In this document: one piece after another, positions 7,450 to 16,225 of the stretch
How the letters are laid out: each line of letters opens with the position of its first letter
Position numbering within the stretch: position 1 is the first letter of the stretch
NCBI GenBank assembly: GCA_903921945.1
Contig: CAIXSC010000173.1
Coordinates: 1 to 34,438 of the forward strand
Direction: 5' to 3'
DNA length: 34,438 nt
Source: an uncultured Planctomycetaceae bacterium
GTDB taxonomy: Bacteria; Planctomycetota; Planctomycetia; Pirellulales; Pirellulaceae
The notes under the pieces: generated by a model
What the model saw: only the letters and a program-made list of their open reading frames with translations
Database searches by the model: none
What the model was told of the DNA's origin: nothing
Position numbers and translations under genes: made by a program

Positions 7450-8975
7450 ATGCTAAGTCTTCCCCCCTTACGACTTGGCGAACGGATCGTGTGTTTGCCT
7501 CTCTCCCCGCTGGGGTCGATCGACCTAGCCAATCTTTGGCTGAACGCGGGAGCGGGGGAGCGGCCTAGTGGTTGGGAAACTCTGCTGGTGCAGGAGCCAG
7601 CGTTGGCCCTGTGGGCGGCGCTGGTCGGCCCGCCCCATCCCTCGCCCGCCGCATCCCGTGCCGCGACGGCAGTCCCGGCGTCTCTCAAGCCAGACTGCGG
7701 CACGCTTGAACTGGCTTCGCTGGCAGTGGTCTGCGAAGCGCGATTGTTGCCCGCCTATCAGGGATTTCGCCCAAGGTCGGCGACGCCCAGCGAGTCCGCG
7801 ACCCACCGCGATGGTTTCGACGCCGCTGCGTGGTCGGACGGTCTATGGGCGATTCGCGCGGCGCGCCGCGGCTTGCGAGCCGACGTCGCCGGCCTCACCG
7901 GCGAAGTTTGGACCGCCGAATGGCTCGGAGATGCGGCCGAATGGACGGAACGAGCGCAGTGCGTTGCCGTCGAGGGCGACTTGAATGTCGATTCGCCGAG
8001 CGACTTCCAGTATTCGAACATCATCGAGGCGATGAGCGGCCGACTCGAAAGTTTGGCCGCTTTGCGGCGAAAACGCCGTCTTGGGGCTTTGCCGGAACTG
8101 ACGGCGGAAATCAAGTCGGCTCTATTGGCCCGTTGGTCGACTGCTGGTCCGGCGGTCGATCTTGTCGCGCTGGCTCAAAGGTTGGGAGACGCGGCGGAAC
8201 AAGCGGTTCGCTTCCGCCAAGAACTCGCTCAGCAAAAACTGGTCGCGCTTCGCGATTTGGCCTACGGAGCGAGCCACGAGATCAACAACCCGCTGGCGAA
8301 TATCGCAACGCGGGCCCAAGGGCTGATGCGTGACGAACGGGATCCCGAACGCCGGCGCGGACTCGCGGTCATCGCCAGTCAAGCCATGCGAGCGCACACG
8401 ATGATCACCGATATGATGCTGTTCGCGAAACCGCCAGCGCTCCGCCCCGCGCTTGTGGCCTTGGAGGAATTGCCGACATGTATCCTGGCGGAGCTTGGGA
8501 CGCGTGCCGCCGACCAACAGACGGTGCTCGCCATCAGCTCGCCACGTCCCCGGCTTTGTCTGATTCCGCCTCGCCGGTTGCGATGGCGGATCGCGAACAA
8601 CTTTTGGTTGCCCTTCGCGCTCTGGTCGAAAACTCGCTGGAAGCGCTTGGGCAGGGGGGGCGGGTTGAGATCGGCCCCCTGCCGCCGACCGCCGCGACAT
8701 GTGGATTCCAAGTGATCGATAACGGACCGGGAATTCCCATCGAAGCGCGTTCACGGCTGTTTGATCCGTATTACTCGGGCCGCGAGGCGGGCCGTGGACT
8801 CGGATTGGGCCTCTGCAAAGCTTGGCGGATTGTCACCGATCACGGTGGCCGATTGTCGTTTGACGAGCAGTTCGCGCCGGGGGCTCGATTCGTGCTCGAA
8901 CTTCCGCGACACCAGGACTCGTCAGTTCGCCGTGTGCTGCACGGCGAACTTCAAGCGGAGCCCGCCGGTTCCTGA
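7450..8975 (+). pseudogene. Cytoplasmic sensor histidine kinase interrupted by a single-base frameshift (or sequencing error)
   Basis: The frame of ORF 7450-8715 carries the HisKA H-box (LAYGASHEINNPLANI) and then degenerates into Arg/Trp-rich nonsense. The frame of ORF 8478-8975 carries HATPase motifs: PVAMADREQLLVALRALVENSLEA (N-box), VIDNGPGIP (G1), GRGLGLGL (G2). The frames can be joined at the C4 run 8548-8551, where one extra C gives ...AISSPRPPALSDSASPVAMAD.... Confidence 0.7.
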
Positions 8976-8990
8976 TTCCAAGTTGTTGCC

Positions 8991-9314
8991 TTAGGCGGCC
9001 CGGCGTCGGCCACCTTCGCGTGATTCAAACCGGTCGGCGCGCCGCATCCGGCGAAAGTCTTCGAACGACAGAATTCGCGGCTCGTCGGTGTCGCTCGGCG
9101 ACTCCCGCTCCGCAGGCCACTCGCGGTTTTCGCCGGCACTTACCGACGAACTCATGGAGCGGGAGGTGTTGTGCTCGAAGCTATCGCTGGCCTGTGCCGC
9201 CAGCAAACTCGCCCGCGCCGCTCGATATTCCCGCCAGTCAATGGCTCCTGTTTCCCACTGGTGCGCTAACTCGCGAAGCAAAACCGCCGATCGCCGGCCG
9301 CCCTCCGTGAACAT
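8991..9314 (-). CDS. Hypothetical small protein, 107 aa
   Basis: The ATG at 9314 is preceded by GGAGGG about 9 nt upstream, and third codon positions are G/C-rich in this frame. No recognisable domain. Competing plus-strand ORFs 9020-9310 and 9088-9369 look less protein-like. Confidence 0.4.
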   Translation of the reverse strand: MFTEGGRRSAVLLRELAHQWETGAIDWREYRAARASLLAAQASDSFEHNTSRSMSSSVSAGENREWPAERESPSDTDEPRILSFEDFRRMRRADRFESREGGRRRAA

Positions 9315-9767
9315 GGCGTTTAGCCCTCCTTGGACAAGTTCTCACCGGTCCCCATGGTCGCTGGTCTAACCTTGCTGGTACCTGTGTCAGGGGTGCCAGT
9401 CGGCTGGGGGAACCCTTCTGATCGATACGGAATTTCTGTCCGATCGCCAAGAGCGTTTGCGGGCGGTTCTCCGGCTTTCACTTCCGGTAGCGTGCCGCGA
9501 GAGGCGGCGGAATGTCGGATGGCGGCAAGGATGAGAAGACGCGACGAGCGTGTCGACGGGAGAAACTGGGAAGTTCGCACCGACGGCGCCGTCGCGGCCG
9601 CCGCGCGGAGAAGCCGTAGAGTTCCCCTCGCTTTCCGTCCGATCAATCTCCGAGGCGGCATGGGGGTCTCTGGTAACCGGTCTAGCCCGGCGCCGCCCGC
9701 ATCCAGGGAAGGATGCGTTGCTCGCTCGACTTATCCCCGATGGTTTTCCGGCCAGGAGCAGACTCGC

Positions 9768-10952
9768 ATGACGCGGTCCGGTCGACTCGCTTTTCCGTTG
9801 TCGCTGCGTTGGCTCGCCGCCTTGGGGCTTGTCGCGACGCTCGGCAGCCTCTCAGCGGGACAATCGCCGACATCGCCCAACTTGGGAGCCAATGCTTCCA
9901 TGACCGCAGGTCAAGCGGTGGACGCTAATCCGTCGAACGAACTCGCCAACTCCAATGCCGCGGCCGCCCCGCCCGTTTCCAATAACGCACCGCCGACCGT
10001 TCCGGCCTCCCTCGGCGACGTTTCCGGGAGCAAGCCTGCGAATTCGAAGAGCATGCTGCAGGTGTTTCGTGATGGCGGGCCGCTGATGTACCCGATTGTC
10101 GGCTGTTCGTTCCTGCTTGTGGTGTTCTTCTTCGAGCGACTCATCAGCCTTCGCAAGGGTCGAGTCGTTCCGCGGCCGTTTTCCCGCAAGTTCATCGAGC
10201 AATTGCAGGATGGACTGTTGGATCGCGAATCGGCGCTCGACCTGTGCGAAGAAAACCCGAGTCCCGTGTCCGATGTGTTCGCGGCGGCGATCAAGAAGTG
10301 GGGACGGCCCGCCGTCGAGGTCGAACAAGCGATCCTCGATACGGGCGAACGCGTCACAAACGACCTCCGTCGCAACATCCGGCTGTTCAACGCCATTTCG
10401 ACCGTCAGTCCACTCCTGGGACTGCTCGGCACGGTCTTCGGCATGATTAGTTGCTTTCAAAACATTTCGTCGGCCGACGCCATGGGCCGCCCGGAGATGC
10501 TGGCGGGCGGCATTGGCGAAGCGTTGCTCACGACGGCTGGCGGACTGGCGGTCGCGATCCCGGCTCTGATCGCCTACTGGTTTTTCGTTAGCCGCGTCGA
10601 CAGCCTGGTCGTCGAAATCGACGGACTCGGACAGCGGATCGTCGAAGTGATCGCCGCCGAGGCGAAACTCGACGCCGCCCGGCTTCGCGCCGCCCGCCGC
10701 GAACGCCGTGCCGCCTCTGCGGCCGCTGAGCCAAGCACCGGTTCCAGCGACAGTGGCAAACGCTCAGGCGACAAGGCGGCTGACAAGACTGCCGAGAAAG
10801 CGGCGGAAAAGGCGGGTGACAAGGCGGGTGACAAGGCGGGTGACAAGGCGGCGGACAGAGGAGCTGTCGAGCGAGTTGCGGAGAAGGCGGAAAAGAATGC
10901 CGAGCGTAGTGGTGACAAAGCGGGCGAGCGATCGCGGGATCGGGCAGCCTAG
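9768..10952 (+). CDS. MotA/TolQ/ExbB proton-channel family protein with signal peptide/N-terminal extension and a Lys/Asp/Ala-rich tail, 394 aa
   Basis: The core GPLMYPIVGCSFLLVVFFFERL...FNAISTVSPLLGLLGTVFGMI...GGIGEALLTTAGGLAVAIPALIAYWFF is typical of ExbB/TolQ. I chose the ATG at 9768 (AGGAG 9 nt upstream, MTRSGRLAFPLSLRWLAALGLVATLGSLSAG signal-like), not the ORF-track start at 9330. Confidence 0.85.
   Translation: MTRSGRLAFPLSLRWLAALGLVATLGSLSAGQSPTSPNLGANASMTAGQAVDANPSNELANSNAAAAPPVSNNAPPTVPASLGDVSGSKPANSKSMLQVFRDGGPLMYPIVGCSFLLVVFFFERLISLRKGRVVPRPFSRKFIEQLQDGLLDRESALDLCEENPSPVSDVFAAAIKKWGRPAVEVEQAILDTGERVTNDLRRNIRLFNAISTVSPLLGLLGTVFGMISCFQNISSADAMGRPEMLAGGIGEALLTTAGGLAVAIPALIAYWFFVSRVDSLVVEIDGLGQRIVEVIAAEAKLDAARLRAARRERRAASAAAEPSTGSSDSGKRSGDKAADKTAEKAAEKAGDKAGDKAGDKAADRGAVERVAEKAEKNAERSGDKAGERSRDRAA
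10809..10856 (+). repeat. 12 nt in-frame tandem repeat (aaggcgggtgac x3 plus 1 variant) encoding (KAGD)n
   Basis: Direct reading of 10809-10856. It lies in the C-terminal tail of the ExbB-like protein. Confidence 0.85.
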
Positions 10953-10967
10953 GAGCGAATCGCCGCT

Positions 10968-11450
10968 ATGCCCCTGAAAACGCAACTCGATGAACAGCCA
11001 TCGCTCAATCTCACGTCGATGATCGACATCGTGTTCAACCTGATGATTTTCTTCATGGTTGGAACGCGTTTCAGTTCGCTGGAGGAACGAATCGACGTCC
11101 GAGTGCCCCAGGTGAGCAATGCGGCTCCGTCCCGTGTGCCGCCCACAAAACTGACGATTACCGTGCAGCGTGACGGGGCGATTATGCTCGACGGCCGGCC
11201 GCTGGGGCTCGAACAGTTGGGGCCGCGCCTGCGTGCGGAACGGTTGCGGAATCCGGCGATCGCGGTCGTGGTCCGCGGCGACGGCGACGGCGCGCTCAAA
11301 CATGCCGCTGGAGTGCTTTCCGCCTGCCGAGTCGCGGGTATTGCGGATTTGGGGATTGCGGTTCGTGTCGAGCCATCCGCTCGACCGGAGAATGTTCGTT
11401 CCGCGGCCGCTCCCCCTGGCGTAGCCTCCGGCGAAAGCGTCTCCCGATGA
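10968..11450 (+). CDS. Biopolymer transport protein ExbD/TolR family, 160 aa
   Basis: PSLNLTSMIDIVFNLMIFFMV followed by a periplasmic domain (ITVQRDGAIMLDGRPL...VVVRGDGD...) is typical ExbD/TolR. AGGAG lies upstream, and the gene starts 15 nt after the ExbB-like stop. Confidence 0.88.
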   Translation: MPLKTQLDEQPSLNLTSMIDIVFNLMIFFMVGTRFSSLEERIDVRVPQVSNAAPSRVPPTKLTITVQRDGAIMLDGRPLGLEQLGPRLRAERLRNPAIAVVVRGDGDGALKHAAGVLSACRVAGIADLGIAVRVEPSARPENVRSAAAPPGVASGESVSR

Positions 11451-13588
11451 TCGCCGGCATGATGTTGTTCGCCGAATGGACTGGTTCCTTCAGTCATTAC
11501 CTGATTTGGAGCGGCCTGTTCGCGCTATTGCTGGCCCCGGCCGTGCTGGCCCGAACCCGGTGGAGCGAATCGCCGCCGCTGCTCATCTGCGTCAGCCTCT
11601 CGGTTGTCGCCCACTTGCTGCTAACCATCTACGCTTACGCGATACGGTTGCCCCATGGCGACGCCGGTCCGGGCGCGGGCGGCGACATGGCTGGCGAAGT
11701 CGTCATCGCTTTGCAATTACTTGACGACGCCAATTCGGTCGCCGAGTCCGCTGCCGCTGCGGAGCCTCAACCCCGGTCGTTCGAAGCCAACGACACAGCG
11801 TCGGACGCGATGAACAGCAGCGAGTCCGCGACTGGCCAAGACATCGACGCCTCGCCGAAGGTCGAATCGATCGCTGAATCGGACGTCACGCCCAGCGCGG
11901 TCGCCGCTTCCAAAGCGGCCCCTCCGAGCGTTTCCCCGTCGAACACGGCCCCACCGCCGGCCGTATCGCCGGCCGTATCGCCGGCCGTATCGCCGGCCGT
12001 ATCGCCGACCGTATCGCCGACCGCGATCGTCGCCGCCTTGCCCGCCGGTCCCACCGAACTCGTTGATCCCTCGCATTCCGCCGACCCGAACGATCCGTCC
12101 GCTACGGACCGTGTCCCAAACACCCCGAACGATCCCGCCACCGCCACCGCCACTGCCAGTGCCGCCGCAGCCGACACCGAGGACCGTTACGCGCCAACGA
12201 ATCCCGCCCGAAAAAGTGACGCTGAAGCTCGTGCCGCTGAAGCCAGTAACGCTGAAGCCAGTGACGCTCCCAACAGTCCCGAGGCAGCCAAAGCCGCTGA
12301 GGCGAGTGCTGCTGAGGCCAATCGTGCTGAAGCCAATGTCGCTGAATCCAAGGCCGCTCAAGACCGACCTGATACCGATTCCGAGAGGCAGAACGCGGAG
12401 CCTGCCAACCGCGAGCCGTTGCGAACGGCTGCGAACGACTCGAGACCGACGGAATCGCAGCCGCCAGCGGAGCCTCGTCCCGCGCCAACGACTGCCGTTT
12501 CGCCAGCCGTGCCGCTCGCTTACCGCAATCGCCAGTTGAATCGACGTTTCGAAAACGCCTTGCGGCAAGGTGGTTCGGCGGACACGGAGGCGGCCGTCGA
12601 GGCAGCGCTGGATTGGCTGGCGGCGCAGCAGACGCCCGAGGGGGTCTGGGCGGCCGCGGCGACCGGAGCGGGCCGCGAGGCCCGAGTCCTGGGCCAGGAT
12701 CGCGGCGGCGCTGGCGCCCATGCTGACGCGGGACTCACCGCGTTGGCGCTTCTGGCATTCCTTGGCGCCGGCGAAACGCACCTCGAAGGCGGGCGACGTC
12801 AATCCGTGCAGCATGGCCTTGAGTACCTGTTGCGGATTCAACGCGCCGATGGCGAACTGGCCGGCAGCGCGGACCTCTTCGCCCGGATGTATTGCCACGG
12901 CATGGCGACGTTGGCGATCAGCGAAGCGTACGCTTTGACCGGCGACGCCCGACTTCGCCCCGCGCTCGACGCCGCGATCGGCTATACGGTTCGCGCGCAG
13001 GACCCGAACGGTGGCGGATGGCGTTACCGCCCCGGCGACTCCGGCGACACGAGTCAATTCGGCTGGCAACTCATGTCGCTTAAAAGCGCTCAACTCGCTG
13101 GACTTCCGATCCCGCCCACCGTGTGGGAGCGGGCCCGCAAGTTTCTGCGCTCGGTCAGCTCTGGAACCGACTCGGGGTTGGCCAGCTATCGTCCTGGCGA
13201 GCGCCCCAGCCGCACGATGACGGCCGAAGCGCTCTTCTGCCGTATTCTGCTGGATGACAGCCAGCCTGCGCAAGCTCGCGAGGCGCTCCGTTTTGTCGCC
13301 CAGGAACCGCCGGGCGTCGGCCCTGACAACCATTACTACTGGTACTACGGAACGCTCGCCCAATTCCAGACGCAAAGCGATTCCTGGCGGGGCTGGAATG
13401 CAGCGTTGCAACGCCAACTGCTCGCCCGCCAACATCCGGCCGGTCCGCTCCGCGGGAGCTGGGATCCCGATACCGTCTGGGGCACGCACGGCGGCCGGGT
13501 TTTCAGCACGGCGCTTTCCGCCCTGTCACTCGAAGTCTACTACCGTTACTTACCGCTCTACCAAACGGCTCGCGCAGGAACGCGGTGA
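11447..13588 (+). CDS. Membrane-anchored protein: N-terminal TM segments, ~300 aa Ala/Pro/Ser/Glu-rich linker, C-terminal prenyltransferase/squalene-cyclase-like alpha/alpha-toroid repeats, 713 aa
   Basis: Its ATG overlaps the ExbD stop (ATGA at 11447-11450). The hydrophobic N-terminus reads FSHYLIWSGLFALLLAPAVLA and LLICVSLSVVAHLLLTIYAY. The C-terminus, AVEAALDWLAAQQTPEGVW...GLTALALLAFLGAG...GLEYLLRIQRADGE...YCHGMATLAISEAY...AIGYTVRAQDPNGGGWRY...QFGWQLMSLKSA, resembles terpene-cyclase/prenyltransferase repeats (recognised from memory, not searched). Confidence 0.75.
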   Translation: MIAGMMLFAEWTGSFSHYLIWSGLFALLLAPAVLARTRWSESPPLLICVSLSVVAHLLLTIYAYAIRLPHGDAGPGAGGDMAGEVVIALQLLDDANSVAESAAAAEPQPRSFEANDTASDAMNSSESATGQDIDASPKVESIAESDVTPSAVAASKAAPPSVSPSNTAPPPAVSPAVSPAVSPAVSPTVSPTAIVAALPAGPTELVDPSHSADPNDPSATDRVPNTPNDPATATATASAAAADTEDRYAPTNPARKSDAEARAAEASNAEASDAPNSPEAAKAAEASAAEANRAEANVAESKAAQDRPDTDSERQNAEPANREPLRTAANDSRPTESQPPAEPRPAPTTAVSPAVPLAYRNRQLNRRFENALRQGGSADTEAAVEAALDWLAAQQTPEGVWAAAATGAGREARVLGQDRGGAGAHADAGLTALALLAFLGAGETHLEGGRRQSVQHGLEYLLRIQRADGELAGSADLFARMYCHGMATLAISEAYALTGDARLRPALDAAIGYTVRAQDPNGGGWRYRPGDSGDTSQFGWQLMSLKSAQLAGLPIPPTVWERARKFLRSVSSGTDSGLASYRPGERPSRTMTAEALFCRILLDDSQPAQAREALRFVAQEPPGVGPDNHYYWYYGTLAQFQTQSDSWRGWNAALQRQLLARQHPAGPLRGSWDPDTVWGTHGGRVFSTALSALSLEVYYRYLPLYQTARAGTR
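11959..12018 (+). repeat. 12 nt in-frame tandem repeat (ggccgtatcgcc x4 plus 1 variant) encoding (AVSP)n
   Basis: Direct reading; the protein shows PAVSPAVSPAVSPAVSPTVSPT. Confidence 0.85.
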
Positions 13589-13668
13589 ACGAGTTCCAGT
13601 AGGCAGGGTTCAAGAACAGGGCTGGATGCTCGCCGAGTTGGCACTGGATTGTGGCTGTCGGACGGGCC

Positions 13669-14298
13669 TCAGGATTTCACGGCATCGAGCATCGCTTTGG
13701 CACGGGCTTCAATGACGTCCCAGCGACCGGCTTTGACATCGGCCGGTTCGAAAAGGCTATTGACGAAACCGACAGCGAACGCGCCCGCCTTGAGGTAGGC
13801 GGCGGCGTTTTCGAGCGTCACGCCGCTCGTGGGGACAATCCGCAGGAACGGCAGCGGGCCGAGCGTTTGTTGGACCCAGACCGGTCCCGTGCCCGGAGCG
13901 GGAAACAGCTTCTGCAACGCCGCGCCGCAGCGATACGCTTGCAGCATTTCCGTGGGTGTAGCGCATCCGGGCATCATCGCCACGCCCAATCGAGCCGCCT
14001 CGGCAATGATGGCTGGATCGATCACCGGGGCGACGAGAAACTTCGCCCCGGCCGCCACTGTCGCCCGAGCTTCTTCGACGGTCAGCACGGTTCCCGCACC
14101 CACCACCAGATTGGAATCCCGGGAGAATTCGGCGATCAAGTCGACCGCGCCGGGAATGCTCAAGGTGAACTCAATCACGCGAAATCCGCCGCGCACGGCG
14201 GCTCGCATCGCCTCCCTGGCCAAATCGACGTTCGACGTTCGCAGGATCGCGGACGCACGCTGGGAACGATACAGTCCGAGGAATTCATCGATATTCAT
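13669..14298 (-). CDS. eda: KDPG/KHG aldolase (2-dehydro-3-deoxyphosphogluconate / 4-hydroxy-2-oxoglutarate aldolase), 209 aa
   Basis: AILRTSNVDLAREAMRAAVRGGFRVIEFTL...VVGAGTVLTVEEA...GAKFLVAP...PGCATPTEM...LQKLFPA...VPTSGVTLENA is the Eda family pattern. The ATG at 14298 has AAGGAAG upstream, overlapping the end of the preceding gene. Confidence 0.88.
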   Translation of the reverse strand: MNIDEFLGLYRSQRASAILRTSNVDLAREAMRAAVRGGFRVIEFTLSIPGAVDLIAEFSRDSNLVVGAGTVLTVEEARATVAAGAKFLVAPVIDPAIIAEAARLGVAMMPGCATPTEMLQAYRCGAALQKLFPAPGTGPVWVQQTLGPLPFLRIVPTSGVTLENAAAYLKAGAFAVGFVNSLFEPADVKAGRWDVIEARAKAMLDAVKS

Positions 14299-14312
14299 GG
14301 TGTCTTGCTTCC

Positions 14313-14726
14313 TTAGTTGGCCACCGCGTCGAGGATTTCTTCGGCGACGAAAATCGGCAGCGCCGGGGTGCAACTGACGGCGACGGCGATCGCATCGGAG
14401 GGGCGGGCGTCCAGTTCCAGCAGTTCGCCGTCGCGGCGGACCCGGATGAGTGCGAAAAAGGTGTCGCTACGCAACTCGGTGATCAGGATGCTTTCCAGTT
14501 TGCCGCCCATCTGCTGAACGATTTGGACGATCAAGTCGTGCGTGAGCGGCCGGGGCGGAACCAGCGTCTTGTGAAGTTTCTTCACGCGTTGATCGATGCT
14601 TTTCGCCTCGCACATCCCGATCTCGATGGGAAACTGGCGGTCGCCATCGACTTCCCGGAGGAAGATCAGGTTGCGATTGGTGATCTCGTTGAGGACGATT
14701 CGGGCGAGCATCATCTGGACAGGCAT
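14313..14726 (-). CDS. Bifunctional nuclease (BFN/DUF151) family protein, 137 aa
   Basis: FLREVDGDRQFPIEIGMCEAKSI...PPRPLTHDLIVQIV...FFALIRVRRDGELLELDARPSDAIAVAV...PIFVAEEIL matches the BFN domain pattern. The ATG at 14726 is preceded by AGGAGG. Confidence 0.85.
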   Translation of the reverse strand: MPVQMMLARIVLNEITNRNLIFLREVDGDRQFPIEIGMCEAKSIDQRVKKLHKTLVPPRPLTHDLIVQIVQQMGGKLESILITELRSDTFFALIRVRRDGELLELDARPSDAIAVAVSCTPALPIFVAEEILDAVAN

Positions 14727-14842
14727 GGTTCCTCCTGGGCCTTGGCGATTATAAAGGCGGCCGCTCGTTGGCCGCCAGCGGATGCCGCAGGCGGCCGGAA
14801 CCGCCACTGGGAACCACCTTCCGTTCCTCCCGAGGATCGATC

Positions 14843-15334
14843 ATGGATCGCTTTCGTATCGCGCTGGACACATACGCGTTTTACCGGTCTCGCACGCTCG
14901 CGTTGCTCGAACGAGTAGCCGCCGAACCGGACCCGATCCGGGTGTTGGGGTTTCGGCCCGGACCAGGGCGAGCGCACATCGCATGGCAGTTGATGCACGT
15001 CGGCGTGACCGAAGAGTTGTTCGCGACGGAACGGCTCGTGCCCGGTTCGCAGCCCAAGGACGCCGCGCTCGTCGCCCGGTTTCGCGGCGGCAGCGTACCC
15101 GATGACGACATTCCATCGCTCGACATGATCCGCCGAGTGCTGGACGAATCCCGCGCCTGTTTGCTCGCAACCCTGGCCACCTTCAACGAAAGCCAGCTCG
15201 GCTGGATTTCCCCCGCCTTGTCCCAGCGGCAATTGACACTCGCAACCGTGCTCGATCTGCTCGCGTGGCACGAAGCGCACCACCAGGGGCAAGCACACTT
15301 GACCATGAATCTCTACAAGGCGGCCAACGGCTGA
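14843..15334 (+). CDS. DinB-family (DinB_2/YfiT-like) metal-dependent protein, 163 aa
   Basis: A four-helix DinB pattern with His ligands: HIAWQLMHVGVTEELF ... LLAWHEAHHQGQAHL. The ATG at 14843 has GAGGA upstream; the ORF-track start at 14768 adds a non-protein-like leader. Confidence 0.75.
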   Translation: MDRFRIALDTYAFYRSRTLALLERVAAEPDPIRVLGFRPGPGRAHIAWQLMHVGVTEELFATERLVPGSQPKDAALVARFRGGSVPDDDIPSLDMIRRVLDESRACLLATLATFNESQLGWISPALSQRQLTLATVLDLLAWHEAHHQGQAHLTMNLYKAANG

Positions 15335-15354
15335 CAGGGCTTGAAAAGCGGCCA

Positions 15355-15407
15355 TCGTGAGCTGGCAACGTGAGCTGGCATCGCGGGTCGGCATCGTGGG
15401 TTGGCGG
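15355..15407. repeat. 13 nt tandem repeat, 4 copies (tcgtgagctggca-like), in the queD upstream region
   Basis: tcgtgagctggca / acgtgagctggca / tcgcgggtcggca / tcgtgggttggcg, read directly. Confidence 0.7.
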
Positions 15408-15467
15408 CCGTGTCTGAGAGCCGTTTCCGCGAGCGGGTGTCGACGTGATTTACGGTAGGGAAGGGCG

Positions 15468-15962
15468 ATGGAAGAAACGTTTCGCGTGCGGCTGACCAAA
15501 GAGTGCCATGTCTTCAGCGCGGCGCACTTCATCACGTTCAACGGCAACATTTGCGAACGGCTACACGGCCATAACTACGCGGTGGCGGTCGAGGTGGCCG
15601 GGCCGTTGGATGGAAACCAATACGTGGTCGACTTCATCGCGTTGCGGGACGAGCTGCGGACCCTGACCGACGAACTGGATCACCGCATGTTGCTGCCGCT
15701 CGAACATCCCGCGATCCGAGTTGACGTGGGGGAACGCGAAGTCGAAGCGCGCTTCGAGGACCGTCGCTGGGTCTTCCCCCGCGGCGACTGCGCCCTGCTG
15801 CCGCTCGCACAAACCACCGCGGAACTGCTGGCAAAATACCTTGGAGAACGATTGCTTGACGCGCTACGCGGTCGCTGCGGCTTCGTTCCCTCGGAGCTGC
15901 GAGTGGAAGTGGACGAGAATCACGGCCAATGGGGTATCTGGCAGCGACGACTGCCGGTGTGA
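15468..15962 (+). CDS. queD: 6-carboxy-5,6,7,8-tetrahydropterin synthase / 6-pyruvoyl-tetrahydropterin synthase family, 164 aa
   Basis: FSAAHFI...CERLHGHNY (the Cx3HGH motif characteristic of QueD/PTPS) ...VVDFIALRDEL. GGGAAGGG lies upstream of the ATG. Confidence 0.82.
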   Translation: MEETFRVRLTKECHVFSAAHFITFNGNICERLHGHNYAVAVEVAGPLDGNQYVVDFIALRDELRTLTDELDHRMLLPLEHPAIRVDVGEREVEARFEDRRWVFPRGDCALLPLAQTTAELLAKYLGERLLDALRGRCGFVPSELRVEVDENHGQWGIWQRRLPV

Positions 15963-16095
15963 ACGGGGTTCGTTGAACGACACGCCGATTCGGGCGGCAA
16001 TCGCTCGTCGAGCGACCGCTCAAACGACCCCTCATGCCCCGCGCTTGCCCTTTTTCCCCATCCATGTTTCCAGGGGCCTCCGATCGTGGGTCGCT

Positions 16096-16225
16096 TGCGC
16101 CATGGGCCGCTGCGTGATAGACGCTGCGATAGGGAGCTGCGATAGATCGCTGCGATGGCCTGCGGGGACGGGCCGTTGCGCCATGGCCCGCTGCGATGGC
16201 CCGCGGAGACGGGCGGTTGTTGCGA
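16096..16225. repeat. Nested direct repeats built on GCTGCGAT(A/G)G units plus a ~40 nt duplication
   Basis: ttgcgccatgggccgctgcg...gctgcgataggga gctgcgatagatc gctgcgatggcctgcggggacgggccgttgcgccatggccc gctgcgatggcccgcggagacgggcggttg, intergenic between queD and the next gene. Confidence 0.7.

Noticed and set aside
9330-9767. N-terminal 146 codons of the ORF-track version of the ExbB-like gene
   Set aside because: The translation is not protein-like. A much better start (AGGAG plus ATG 9768, followed by a signal peptide) lies downstream. The region is more likely a divergent promoter/UTR.
11717-13489. 590-aa minus-strand ORF
   Set aside because: It is a shadow of the 713-aa plus-strand gene coupled to exbD. 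Its translation is dominated by Arg/Gly runs (for example RRYGRRYGRRYG) produced by reading the AVSP repeat backwards.
13589-13668. Expected bidirectional terminator between convergent genes (the 713-aa gene and eda); TGGCAC-N5-TGTG motif at about 13640
   Set aside because: No convincing stem-loop or U-tract was found by eye. The sigma-54-like motif lacks the TTGC element and has no downstream gene in its orientation.
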